Below, piece after piece: positions 13,401-26,159 of a stretch of 64,000 nt of DNA (position 1 is the first letter of the stretch; every line of letters starts with the position of its first letter). Where the stretch lies: positions 131,876,001 through 131,940,000 of the forward strand of contig NC_058368.1 in the NCBI RefSeq assembly GCF_018350175.1. The letters are read 5' to 3'. The notes under the pieces are model-generated. The model had not been told where the DNA came from and did not search any database. It saw only the letters and a list, made by a program, of their open reading frames with translations. A program made the position numbers and the translations under genes. Origin of the DNA: Felis catus (lineage: Eukaryota).

Positions 13401-13789
13401 GACCATGAAAGAAAAAAACTATTTCTCTATTCATAAAACTTCTGATAACAAATGTGAGGGTTTTCTACACCAAGCTCTGTGGATGAGTTAGAGATGTGAG
13501 GACAATCAGTCCTTAAAATACATGTTGAGAAGAAACATTCATTCAGTATTCACCCCTGTACACTGAATTATGGTGGCCTCTGTGAAGATTCCAAGAGTGA
13601 AGAAGGTGAGGGTTAAAAAGCTACAGTATAAGAAAGGGGTGGGATGGGATGGGGACAGAAATTGGGGAGTAAGTATGTATAATAAAGGCAGTATTAAAGG
13701 AATTCAAGTTGACTTTTATGAACAAGGAAAGTGTAACAGAGTAGGTAGCATTTAAGCCTTAAAACTTAGTAGGATAAAAACAGGGAGAA

Positions 13790-14200
13790 GGATGCTATTG
13801 CTTTTTGGAGGTGATGTGAGAAAGTACCAGGCAACAGGAAAGCATGGGACCTGGTGAAGGATCTGGGAGAGGCCCAACTATCTCTATCTCTATAGGCAAG
13901 TAATGGGAAAAGAAGTGTTGCACTCAAGTATGGAGATCTGAGGCAGACTGTTTCAGCTTTCTTCACAGGTCTACTCATGTTTCTCCAGAGGTCTATTCAA
14001 GAGGTCATTAATAAGATGGATTACAGTGGTGGAAGACTGGAGGCAAAAAGATCAGTTAGGAATCTGGGCAGTTAATACAAGGGAGAGATTAAAGCACTTG
14101 ACAAGAACATAGAAAAGAGAAGATGGAAAAGTTGGCTGTAAAAGAAATGACAACTAGACATGGCAGCTGATTAAGTGCCCAAAGAGGATGGAATCAAAGA
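13790..14200 (-). mobile_element. L2 LINE fragments
   Basis: Purine-rich antisense L2-like text (ggaagactggaggcaaaaagatcagttagga...). Confidence 0.5.
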
Positions 14201-14215
14201 GACTTCCTGACACTT

Positions 14216-14438
14216 TTTTTTTTAATTTTTTAAACATTTTATTTATTTTTGCGAGACTAAGAGGACAGAGCATGCACAGGGGAGGGGCAGAGAGAGAGGG
14301 AGGCACAGAATCCAAAGCAGGCTCCAGGCTCTGAGCTGTCAGCACAGAGCCCGACACGGGGCTCAAACTCAACAAACCGTGAGATCATGACCTGAGCTGA
14401 AGTCAGATGCTTAACTGACTGAGCCACCCAGGCGCCCC
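14216..14438 (-). mobile_element. Can-SINE (antisense)
   Basis: Full head to tail; TSD ttcctgacactt (14204-14215) / ttcctaacactt (14439-14450). Confidence 0.95.
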
Positions 14439-14857
14439 TTCCTAACACTTCTTATAAGGGCCATGGTACCTGTCTGTGCAAGATCATCTGTGGCCAGAAG
14501 TACAAATTATAAACTCTCTTAAACCTAATCTCTAAGGGCTGTCTTGGGAGGAAATTGCTACAGATGAGCTCCTTGCCTGGGGCATAGCTCTTTCAGCTTG
14601 CCCTCTCCAGAGCCAAATCTCCTAATCTGAGAGTCACTGAGGTAGAACAAGTGTGCTGAGCTCTGCAGAATGCTCAGGAGGACCAGCAGCAGAAACCAGA
14701 TAGGGGAAGGATAACTGCTGCACTTGGGTGAGCAGTGTCCTCAAGGGACAATAAATGTGAAGACGAAGGCTTCTTAAGGACTGATCAGAAAGAGTTGGCA
14801 GGAAAGGGAGTCTGTTGTTCCTGTGTGTGTTTTGAACTTTTCTTTCTCTTTTCATTT

Positions 14858-14911
<54 letters not shown>

Positions 14912-14928
14912 TACATATATATATATAT
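14858..14928. repeat. Interrupted (TA)n microsatellite
   Basis: Directly visible. Confidence 0.95.
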
Positions 14929-15099
14929 TCATTCAGTACATTTTAGAAAACAAAAGGTAAAAAAGAAAAAAATAGTTTTCACCAGCTATATATAGAGCTG
15001 TTAATATTCGGACATAATTTCCACGAGTCTTTCTATAAAGCAGGTTTGTTTAGCTGAAGGTAACAGTATACACCAAATAACAGCAAAAGAGACCTACTA

Positions 15100-15430
15100 T
15101 GATTACTTGTCATTGCCTGTAAACAGCAAACGGATAGAGAAGTTAGATCATTAAAGGGTTTATGCATTGTCAGGAAGCTTTTGAAAGTTTTACACATGGG
15201 CTCGACAATGATTAGATTCACATTTTAGAACGGTTCCTTTGGCCATAGTATAGACAGTATATTAGAGGGCCCAAGGCTTGATGTCTGGAAACCCATTCTG
15301 AAACTATTTCAATAGTCCAGGTCATAAAGGACTAACTAAGGCATTGGAAATGGGGAATAAAAAAGGAATTTGAGAATTTTATAAGGAAGAATTGACAGGA
15401 TGTGATGATTGATACAGTGTGGAGGTGGAA
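15100..15430 (-). mobile_element. L2 LINE fragment
   Basis: atgattagattcacattttagaa...ctatttcaatagtccagg resembles antisense L2. Confidence 0.6.
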
Positions 15431-15459
15431 AAGCAAACTATACTTTACTGTCTCTATTA

Positions 15460-16200
15460 CAGTCCCTCACTTTAAAATTGTCTAAATTAGATGTCCCACA
15501 GGGACTTCTAATTCAATATGTCCAAAACAGAAATTATCACCGTTCTTACCAAAATTACTCCCCATTTTAGATTCCTTCTGTCAGTGACTATGTTCTTAGC
15601 CACCTAGTTGCTTAAGCTAGAAATTTGGAAGTCATCCTAGCCTCTTATTTCTGTAATGTCTATATGTAGTCACTCACCAAAACCTACCAGATCTTGCACT
15701 TAAATCTTTAAAATCTGTTTCTTCACATCTTCATTGCTACTGTATTTGCCAAGTTCTACTTTTTGTTTTTGACTTAGAATTGGGATTGACAGACAAAAGC
15801 CTATAAACCAGATACATCCTGCCACCTGTTTTTTAATCACCTGCTTTTGAAAGTTTCAGTAGAACAGAGACACGCTTGTTTTGTTTACATTTTATCTATT
15901 GCTGCTTTTATACCACAGTGGCACAGTTAAGTAGTTGCCATGATGACCATGTGGTCAACAAAACCTAAAATATTTACTCTCTGGTCCTCTACAGAAATAT
16001 TGCTGATCTCTGCCTTGTAATGTTCTAATATAACGGGTTTCCCTTCTTTTAGTCCTCAATCTGGCCTTTATTTTGCTGATGGAGTGATTTTCCTGAAACA
16101 TCGTTCTATTCATGTCAACCTGCCCCCCAACTTGTTCACATTTTTTTGATGGCTCCCAACAGCCAACAAAATCAAATCTACAACTCTTTAGCACATCAGG
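15460..16200 (+). mobile_element. L2 LINE fragment interrupted by MER58A
   Basis: gatgtcccacagggacttctaattcaatatgtccaaaac...gctagaaatttggaagtcatcct; resumes after 16013. Confidence 0.7.
15781..16012 (+). mobile_element. MER58A-like hAT-Charlie MITE
   Basis: cagttaagtagttgcc...aaacctaaaatatttactctctggtcctctacagaaa...tgctgatctctg matches the recalled MER58A consensus. Confidence 0.85.
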
Positions 16201-18194
16201 TTATAAGTTCTAGTAGTTTTCAAATTCTGGATTTTTCCTCACAATGCCTTTGCCATTAAAGCCTAGGTGTCAATATTTAAGTCCTTTGTAAAGGTTTACT
16301 TTAAAGGGATCATTAACATGAGAACATTACCATTAATGTTAATCTGAGGAAGCTTAATCTTTTAAGGTCTTGAATTGGGATTCTATGATGAATCTGTATT
16401 TTTATGAGATGATGTTTCTTGGAAAATCCTGGTCAGCTGATTGTCAGTTGTATATGTCATTAAAAAGGAAGCAAGTAACTATTATTGCCAGACATTAGCT
16501 TTACTTGTTCAGCAAGAATTCTGAGGCTTGCCAAGGTTTTAACACCTCTGCTGTTTTCATTTATTTTGTGATTCTGAGTAGACCACTACTATATATCAGG
16601 AAACTCAAAGATAAGGGATTCCAAATTCATGATAGAAAAATTAGAGATGGTTTCTATGCAAGAAGGAATAGAATCAAAGTTTTGCTACATATATGAGAAA
16701 ATATTCATTTTAGCATCTCAATTCTAATTACTTCAGGTGGGTTTGTTTTTTTTTAAGGCATTTCATTTGGAATTTTAGTCTCAAACAGACTCTGCTAATG
16801 ACAGAATTCCCAGGAGATTGGCAGTATCCAAAAATAAGTCTTCTTTTCACCCTCCAGCCCAGTAAAACTTAACACTATGTAAATATTTTGGCAAATGTGC
16901 ATACAGTAGAAAGAATTCTAAGGGAAAAAAAGCTTGTTTTCTAGGTTGAAAATGAAAGGAACTGATATATTTTGATTTGGGGGAAGTCATAGATGTTTCA
17001 AGAAGGAAATTATTTGCTTCTCTCTTTCTGAACATTAACAGAATTTTCTACAGTACTGGAAAGTCAAAATGGAAGTGTAGTTGTACCCAGTCAGGTACCT
17101 ATATAGATTTTTCTTTTTTAAATAAAATGTATTGGAAAATTTTTGAGAAATATCAAACTTATTTATGTGATTTCATCTAAACAGTAAACAAAATATACAG
17201 AGCAAAAAGGTAGGCTCATTTCAATTCAAGATTTTTTGAACACTTACTAAGTCCAAGGCACTGCATGGTCATTTATTCTATACTTTGTTGAAAATTCAAC
17301 CACATTTATCTTATTTTCTTTTCCCTTTTCAGGTGAATTCCAGCCCTTTTGTAGCTAATAATAAATTTCAATCAATTCCTTAAAACCAAACTCTTCAAAA
17401 AAGTTTACCAACAATTATTTCAGTGCATGCCATAGCCTATCATTGTAATTTAGAGAGCATAACCTGTTGGTGTAGTTTTAAAACCATAATACTTTACCTA
17501 AATTACTTTTATTATTTCCTGAAATAAATTTTCACTAGTACTAAAACACAAGAGATTTCCTTAGACATGAAAACATAACTAATTGGTTATTGCTTCAGTA
17601 ATTTTGTAGCTGCTGCTGATGCCTAGTATTAGTTCATGTTTATGTGTATGTAAATGAACTGAATGATCACAGTGACTAAAAATGTAGCAATCACTTTAGA
17701 TTGTGTAAGTACTGAAGAGCTAAAATCTCCAACATAAGTGAAAATTAAATGGCTATTAATAAGATATTATACTTCTGTCATAACCTTCAGCCCAAAGGAC
17801 TTTGCTAACAGCATGTGTTAGATGTCTGAGAGCTACCTGGGAGAAGGACAGAAGAGCCAAATGGAGTTTCATGGTCTGGCTGCACATGATTTAAGAAGTA
17901 AATCGCTTTTAGTTATGAAATGAAAGGCTTGCAATTTTCAATAGAAAGAAGACTTAAAATTATAAATGATTTCAAATGAATTCACATTCCTTTGAAAGCT
18001 TTTAATCAGCTCTTTTTGAAGTCTACTTTAAGAGAAGATAACATAGAATTATATGGGTTCTATTGCCCGTGCTTCAGGGAAATGGGCTAATGGACCCGCA
18101 ACAAGAAAGTAGCGACTATGCTATTATGGAATTGTGTCTAAGCCCTTTATATTGAAGGGGGCAATATGAAAGAACTAGATTGTTTCTGTCCTCT

Positions 18195-18290
18195 CTAGGG
18201 CTCCTAAAGACAGAACCAGGATAAATGAATGAAAGTTACTAGGAGGCAGATTTGGGTTCAACAGTAATGAAAAACTTTCTAAACAACAGA
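18195..18290 (+). mobile_element. L3/CR1 LINE 3' fragment
   Basis: cagaaccaggataaatgaatgaaagttactaggaggcagatttgggttcaac...aaaactttcta resembles L3. Confidence 0.6.
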
Positions 18291-18881
18291 CCAGGCCTGA
18301 AATGGGAGAATATACTTGCAAATGATATATCTGCCAAGGGGTTAATATCCCAAAATATATAAAGAACTCATACAACTCAACACCAAACAAACAAACAAAC
18401 AACAACAACAACAAAAATGCCATTAAAAAATGGGCAGAGGACCTGAATAGACATTTTTGCAAAGAAGCCACACTAATGGCCACCAGACACATGAAATGAT
18501 GCTCAGTATCACTAATCCTGATAGAAATAGAAATCAAAAACACAAGGAGATGCCACCTCACACCTGTCAGAATGACTAGAATCAAAAAGTCAAGAAATAA
18601 CAAGTATTGGTGAAGACGTGGAAAAAAGAAATCCTCCTGCACTGTTGACAGGAATATATTGGAGCAGCCACTATAGAAATAGTATGGTGGTTCCTCAAAA
18701 AATTAAAAATAGAATTAACATATGATCCAGTAGTTCCACTATTGGGTATTTACCTCAAGAAAACAAAAACAGTAATTCAGAAAGACCTATACACTCCTAT
18801 GTTTACTGCAGCATTATTTACAATAGCTGCTATTTATAATAGCCTGAGTGTCCATCAATTAGATGAAAGGATAAAGAAGAG

Positions 18882-18883
<2 letters not shown>

Positions 18884-18931
<48 letters not shown>
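18884..18931. repeat. (TG)n microsatellite inside the L1
   Basis: Directly visible. Confidence 0.97.
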
Positions 18932-18933
<2 letters not shown>

Positions 18934-18947
18934 TGGAATATTACTTT

Positions 18948-19118
18948 ACTTCGGCTTGGGTCATGATCTCATTGTTCATGAGTTCAAGCCCTGCATCCAG
19001 CTTTGCACTGACAGCGTGGAACCTGCTTGGGATTCTCTCTCTCACTCTCTCCCCCCTTCTGCCCCTCCCACACTCCTGCATTCTCTCTCACTCAAAATAA
19101 ACTTGAAAACAAAGAAAC
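18948..19118 (+). mobile_element. 5'-truncated Can-SINE inside the L1
   Basis: Begins at acttcggcttgggtcatgatctc and lacks the A box. Confidence 0.88.
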
Positions 19119-19245
19119 AATGAGATCTTGCCATTTGCAACAACATGGATTGACCTAGAGGGTATTTTGCTAAGTGAAATATGTCAGACAGAGAAAGACA
19201 AAACCATATGATTTGGCTTATGTGTGGAATCTAAAAAACAAGTAA

Positions 19246-19439
19246 GAGGTGCCTGGGTGGCTCCGTCAGGTAAGTGTCTGACTCTTGATTTTGGCTCAGG
19301 TCATGAACTCACGTTCATAAGTTTGAGCCCTGCATTAGGCTCTGCAGTGAAAGCGCAGAGCCTGCTTGAGATTCTCTGTCTCCCTCTCTCTGCCCCTCCC
19401 CTCCTAGTGGGCTCTCTCTCTCAAAATAAATAAATAAAC

Positions 19440-19500
<61 letters not shown>
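19246..19500 (+). mobile_element. Can-SINE with (GAAA)n tail (19441-19500)
   Basis: gaggtgcctgggtggctc head, AATAAA, then a GAAA array. Confidence 0.93.
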
Positions 19501-19502
<2 letters not shown>

Positions 19503-19876
19503 AGAAAACAAAAAGCAGAAATAGACCCATAAATACAGAGAACAAACTGATGGCTTGGGGGAGGGAGGGCGAGGTGGGGAGAGATGGGCAAATACGTGAA
19601 GGAGAGTGGGAGAGATCCAGTTATGGAATGCATAAGTCATGGGGATGAAAAGTGCAGTGTGGGGAATACAGTCAGTGGTATTATGTTAGCATTATATGGT
19701 GAGAGATGGTAACTACACTTGTGGCGAGCATAGCATAACATATAGATTTGTTGAATCATTATGTTGTATACCTAAAACTAATATAACATTGTATGTCAAC
19801 TATAATTCAATTTTAAAAAATTTAATTTACTTAGCATGTATTGAGCGCTATCATATGCAAAGTACTGACACAATTT

Positions 19877-20638
19877 CTGTTTCCGCCCCCCCCCCCGGAA
19901 ATCTATTAAAAAAATTTTTTTTTTAATTTGTGGTAAAATACAGATAACATAAAATTTACCATCCTATACATTTTAAATGTATGGTTCAGTAGCATTAAGT
20001 ATATTCATGTTGTACAGCCAATCTCTGTAACTTTTCATCTTGCAAAACTAAAATTCTTTATCCACTAATAGCCCCCATTTTCCTTTCCATATTAGTTCCA
20101 GACAGCCATGATTATACTTTGTTTCTATGAATTTGACTATTGTAGATACCTCAGATAAGTAGTCATACAGTATGTGTCTTTTTGTGATGGGCTTATTTCA
20201 CTTTGCATCAAGTCCTCAGGGTTCATCCATGTTATAGAATTTGTCAGTTTTGTTCTTTTTAAAGACTGAATAATATTCCACCATATTTATGTACCACATT
20301 TTGTTCATCAGTTCATCACTGATGGACACTTGGGTTGCTTCCACATTTTAGCTACTGTGAATAATGTTGTTAACACAAGTGTGCAAATATCTCTTTGAGA
20401 TCCTACTTTCAGTTCTTTTGGACATATACCCACAAGTGGAATTGCTGATTGATAAGGTAATTCTACTTTTAATTTTTTGAAGAATCACCATACTGATAGT
20501 TTTCCATAGTGCTGCACCATTTTACATTGCCACCAATAGTACATAAGGGTGATGATTTCTCTACATCCTTGCCAACACTTGTTATTTTCGGTTTGTTTGT
20601 TTGTATGTTTTGACAACAGCTACCTGAATGGGCGTGAG
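19877..20638 (-). mobile_element. 5'-truncated old L1 3' end (L1MA/L1MB-like) with a perfect 17-bp TSD
   Basis: Antisense L1 3' UTR (ttgtggtaaaatacagataacataaaatttaccatc...); aagtactgacacaattt at 19860-19876 and 20639-20655. Confidence 0.9.
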
Positions 20639-23600
20639 AAGTACTGACACAATTTTGATTTCAGTGCCTTGTGCAATAAACACCTTACACATAGCAGCTG
20701 TTTTATAAAAGCTCATGGTTGAGATGTACTAAAACTAGGTTTTCATAAAATGTTTGCTTTATAATGTTGATCTTGGATAGAGATTAATAGACTCAGTGTT
20801 CTGTGCTTTAGGATAAAATAAGACACATCTTAGAAATAGCTCTTCTTATGGCTGTAACACTATTAATATTCCAATTTTCAGCACTGATGTTGAGTTTTAT
20901 GTGTTATTCTCATAAACACCCATCACTGTTCTAGCATAGGGTCATAAACTATCCATGGCTTTGGTAGTTTCCTTTCTTTGAGCCCAGTGATTTTTTTTAT
21001 AATACCTGTGAAAGACAAACATGCTGATTCTTCTATAAGAAAACCATTCATTGTACCTAGGAATTGAAGTTTTGGAGATTTGTTTGTTTGTTTTTAAGAG
21101 GCTTGCCAAGAAAAAAGAATCTAGTTTACTACATTTAGAATTGTGGTGTTTAGTTTTTCTATTCTTTCCTCCCCTGCAGTGCCTACAGGCTGATATGAGA
21201 TCACTGGTGCTCTGAGCCAAGTTTATAGTTAGTGTGGTCATGTTTAAACTTTTGCTATCTTGAATAAATGCTTGGTAACTTCAATATTAATGGTATAATA
21301 ATTAGCAATTCTTGGCCTTTTGAAAAAGAGATTTATTGTTGTTGTCATATTTGAAAAAACTGATTTGAGCACAAGAGAGCAGAACATTTTAACTCCTTAG
21401 TAATTATTGCAAGAGAATGTTTTAAGTAGTATTCTGTTAGCAATGAGTGAAAGCAACATTCTCAGAGACTTCTGTGTTTGCATCTAGAAGGTATATATCT
21501 TTCTCTGAACATGTTGGCATAATAGTCAGGTGGTCTATAAGTGTTTCACCTTATACAGATAATGCTGATATAGAGCAGGGTTCCATTAGTTCTGTGCTTA
21601 AAATGAGGTTTCAATTAATTTACTCCCTTCTTTGAAAGTAATATAAGAAATGTGTAAGATATAGTTGTACTCTATTTATGAATCAAAACCAAGCGCTATT
21701 AGGCTCAAACAAGTAGAACATCTTCTTTTGACCTTACAGAGATAAATGTTTATTGAATAATGACCAAAGCAAGCCTACACAGTGAGCATTAAGGATAATA
21801 TGGTAACACTGTACCTACTTAAGTAATGTATCCATCATGACCATTTCATAAATAATATTTGGTTGAATACAAAAGGATTCTTCAGAAAGCTTTTTTGGGT
21901 TTTCCTGTTTACTTAATAGGACAAGAAAAATAAGCGTATGGAAGCATGAATAACTAGGAGTAACCTTTATTATTCAGACGTTTTCCCTCTCCCTTGCTTT
22001 TATAGGAGAAAATTCTTTCCCAATTTAATGCAGTATCGTTTTAGGCGTCCAACAGATAAGCAAAGAAAACAAATGGCTATTTGTAAGAAATCCATAATAT
22101 GAACAGGTCAAATGTAAATTAAACTAGCAGGAGGAAGCTTGGATTAGGGAGTATTATTAACATCAACATTCTTCTTTTTGGATGCAGATTTTGTGTTTTT
22201 TTCTTTTTAGATGATTGCAGTCTCCAACATTAATGATTTTTTCTTAGCAGGTATCTCACAATCTCTTAAAAAAGCAAAAAAGGGTCCTTTGATGGGCCAG
22301 TTATATCATTAGCACTCACCACCTAATATTTATATTTATAGGGACACAATTGGTTTGTTCAATGGTTTTAGTTTTTTAAAATGTTAATATATTTATGCTT
22401 TAATTAAAGCTTTTGTAGAGTATACTTTGAAAAGTAAATGCAAATAGTTGTCCTTATTAGAGGAAATATTATAAAGCATTTACTCTAAAACTGAGAATTG
22501 GTTTTTCATTTTTCTCAAAACTATTTACAGTATTTATATTTTGAGAGTTGTTATGCTACTTTCATATTTGTCTTAAAGAAATTTAGTATATGTAAAAGAG
22601 GTACCTAGATTTCAGTCTGTACTTCTAATAAAATTTAGTTTTTCAGCAAGTTTTCATCTTTGTTTTTAGTGGTGACATTTGGGGTAAGAAATTTGGAAGT
22701 TCTCTTATTGCTCTATTTGCAAAAGTAATTCCTGGAGGAATTTAGGGACTTGGATCACTCAGGGATATCACGTTCATCAGAAGAAAAGAAATCATCTTAA
22801 GTCATTAGTAGTCTTACGGAGTAGAAATTGTTTGAGTTAAAGATTAAGGATTTGAAGGAATGTTTGGAAGCAGTAGCAACTGACTTATTCTTAGTTGTCT
22901 TTTCACAGCCTTTCTGTATAATAAATACTATTTTTTATAATTCTGAAAATCATATCTGCATTAAATTTTATTTCTGTAAATGGTCTCCATACAGTAACAC
23001 TTTGTGATGGACCAGATGTTGTGAGCTAATGCAACTAGCTTAGGCTGAAAATATAAGTATGTTGAAAAAAAATCCATGAATGTGTAAAAGCCTATAAAGA
23101 ATAGTAATATTTCCATAGCAAAGAGAAAAGTGTCAGTTGACAATGCATTTTCCATTCCATTCTCTCTGAGAAGGTACCAGATTAGAGATGTTGTGAGTTC
23201 TTGGTTGATTTAAGGTTTGAGTAAGTTAACATCTGGGCAATATATTGTTTTAAAGAATAAAGTCTAGGCAGCACCATTTATTACCAGTTTAAATTTCAGT
23301 ATTCAATTCATTCATCACTGCCTAACAAAGACTGTACTTCCTTTTTCACCAGAGTTACTCACTGACTAGTGTTCTACCAGTGTTCACAAAAAGGCAAAGA
23401 CAAATGCCTATGTGTGGGCAAGATAAGCTCAGTCAGGAATTCACCCGACAGCTCTCAGGTTTAAGAAATCCAGCAATACAAAGCCTATAAAAGTGGAACT
23501 GCTGACAGGGTCCCACTGTTGGGTAATCTAAGAATCATATCCACAGAGGACCTGTTAGCAGTTTTTGGCAACCTGGCTATATTAGTGCCTGTTCCACGTT

Positions 23601-23949
23601 AATACCCAGTTTGTTGACTTTGAAAAAAAAAAAAAAAAGATTCAAGATAATAATACATTTGCGTAAATAAGGTGACATTGCTAAAATACCGGAAGTCAGG
23701 GACTCATTCAAAGTGGCCTTAACAAGTCATTTAAAAAAACTCAAAAATGGAAAAACCATTTAGTGAGGTCAGATATATCAGAGTCATGGAAGAAACCCTG
23801 GATCAGAAGTCAGTGACAGATCTCGGTTTCCTACTAAAAACTCATCTTGGGCCTCATTCTGGGTTTCTTTTTTGGATTTAATAAACTGTTATTAGAATCG
23901 TGATTGGACTTTACATCATTTCTGTGTCACTTGCACTTTAAAGGGAAAG

Positions 23950-24925
23950 CAAGGAATTCTACAAAATTAAAAATTTCTGTGTATCAAAAGATATCAACAC
24001 ACACACAAAATGAGTAGGTGGCCAAAGACTGGGAGAAAACATGTACATCATGTAAATTTGGTAAAAACTTATATTTAGAATCTTACCATTCAAAAATACG
24101 AAGACAGTTTTTAAGATGTGGTAAAGACTCAAACAGACATTTTATAGGAAGACAAATGGGTGGCCAATAGGCTCATGAAAAAAATGTTCAATATCATATA
24201 CAGGAAAACACAAATTAAACTGCCAAAACACCCATTAGACTAGCTGGAAAAAAAAAATCCTTTAGCAAGGATGTAGTATACTGGAACTGTTAAATACCAA
24301 TCTCTGGTGAAAGTATGAAATATGACAAGCAATTGGACAGTTTTTTTTATAGAGTTAAGCATACAAGTACCCATGTCCCATCACACTTAAGTATTTGTCA
24401 TGCCCAGGTATTTATCAAAGGGAAATGAAAGGATTTATTCACAAAAAGACTTGTCTATGCGGGTTCATAATAGTTGTATTCATAATGGCCCAAAACTAGA
24501 GGAAGCAACCTAGATTTACATAAACAAGAAAACGATAAACCATGTATAGTCATATGATAGAATATTAGTCAGCAATAAAAAGAAACTGCTGATACATACT
24601 GTAGTCATTTCTGTGAACCTTAGAAAACATTTTGTGCTCAGTGAAAGAAGTCTGGCACAAAGAACATACTATATGATTCCATTTACATGAATTGTTAGAA
24701 TATGCAACTAGTAGATGGTGATAGAGAAGAGAACAGTGGTTGTGAGCAAGGGGTGAGGAGGTGGCAGGAGTAGCAGAGATTATGTGCTAAAGATACAAGG
24801 CAACTTTCTGAGATGATGAAAACATTCCAGGAATTTGGGTTACACAGTGTATATATCTGCTAAAACTTAACTGAACTAAATATACTTAAGATACAGTTTG
24901 TATCTCAAAGAAAAGAACATTTTAA
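23950..24925 (+). mobile_element. Old L1 (L1ME-like) 3' end
   Basis: aaaattaaaaatttctgtgtatcaaaagatatc...ttcacaaaaagacttgt...gtgaaagaagtctggcacaaagaacatactatatgattcc. Confidence 0.8.
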
Positions 24926-25034
24926 AATTGAGAGCAAGACCTGATTAGAATTCAGAGTAGAATTGCACATATCACTAACATAATAGGAAGTAGACCTATC
25001 AGGAATGGTAAGGTTAACGATGAGTGTTTTGAGC

Positions 25035-25276
25035 TTATTTATTTATTTATTTATTTGTTATCTATCTATCTATCTATTTAAAGTTTATTCATTTATTTTT
25101 GAGAGAGAGAGTATGCAAGCGAGGGAGGGGCAGAGAGAGGAGACAGAATCCCAAGCAGGCTCTGCACTGTCAGCGCAGAGCCTGATGAGGGGGCTCGAAC
25201 CCACAAACTGTGAGATCATAACATGAGCTGAAATCAAGAGTCAGATGCTTAACTGACTGAGCCACCCAGGCGCCCC
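25035..25276 (-). mobile_element. Can-SINE (antisense)
   Basis: Canonical body ending ccacccaggcgcccc. Confidence 0.94.
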
Positions 25277-25574
25277 TTCAGTTTATTTTTAAAAAGAAAG
25301 CAGACTATTCATATAAAAGTCTGTGTAAGGAAGGTGCTGTGTATACAACCAATAAGAGGGCAACATTCTAGAAGCAGAACCAGAGATTTAAGATTTTTCC
25401 CATTAGGATTCTATTATTATTATTGTGAGTACTTATTATGCCTCATGGACTATACAGAGCTCTTTATGTGGATTTTCTTATTCTTATCAAGACCTTGTAC
25501 AGAAGTTTAAAATGTGATTATTTACTTAATTTTGACTGTGGTATCAACATTTTATTGTTGATAAAGTTAAAATA

Positions 25575-25790
25575 TAACAATAATAACAAGTACTTATTTG
25601 CACATCTTATGTACACACTCATCTGTGTTAATTTATTAAACACTCTGAACAACCCTATCAGTAGTTAGTATTATTAGATCCATTTTGAGTTGAGGAGCCA
25701 TGGTTGAAAGCTAAAAAATAACAGCAAACTTCAACTCAGGTAGTCTCTCTTAAGGTAACAATGTACTTAACTGCTGTGCCATACTTAAGC
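25575..25790 (-). mobile_element. MIR fragment
   Basis: aacaaccctatcagtagttagtattattagatccattttg is antisense MIR-like. Confidence 0.5.
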
Positions 25791-26159
25791 ATTGTTCTTA
25801 AGCTACCATTATATCGTTGACCTCAATAGATGATCACAATTTAACAGTTTTATTCATTTGTTGATATTTAAAATTCAAATGTTATTAATGTTGTTAATAT
25901 AACAGCGTCAAATTTCCTGGCTTAAAATTTCCCATAGATTTTCTGAGTGTGTACTTTACATATATAACAGAATACTGTAAACTCTAGTAACGTAAACACT
26001 TCTATTGCCTCTTAACTCGAAATACTTTGACCCAACTCTTTGTGGGCACCATTTGAAATGACTAATAATCGTGAATTTCTTCAAAAGATATCATTAGTTT
26101 CTTACTTATGAGTGCTCTTGGTAGATTATTAATATATAAATGACTACATATCGTAGTGT

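Larger units (their letters stand above)
18293..19820 (+). mobile_element. 5'-truncated L1 (ORF2 C-terminus plus 3' UTR, carnivore-type), carrying (TG)n and two nested SINEs
   Basis: tgggagaatatacttgcaaatgatatatctg...aaagaactcatacaactcaac...tgtatacctaaaactaatataacattgtatgtcaactata. Confidence 0.9.

Noticed and set aside
16720..16742. Other AG|GT juxtapositions (here cag|gtgggt; also near 3498, 9356 and 9973)
   Set aside because: Short or poor pyrimidine tracts or weak donors, at a frequency expected by chance.
18175..18642. 155-aa minus-strand ORF
   Set aside because: Antisense frame of L1 ORF2 sequence; no independent coding signal.
22190..22256. 40-nt exon candidate (22211-22250) after a strong T tract
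   Set aside because: Donor GTATCT is weak; such acceptors are common in T-rich introns.
25748..25802. Imperfect hairpin cttaag..aacaatg / cattgttcttaag as a possible pre-miRNA
   Set aside because: AT-rich, short and bulged, at the edge of a MIR remnant.
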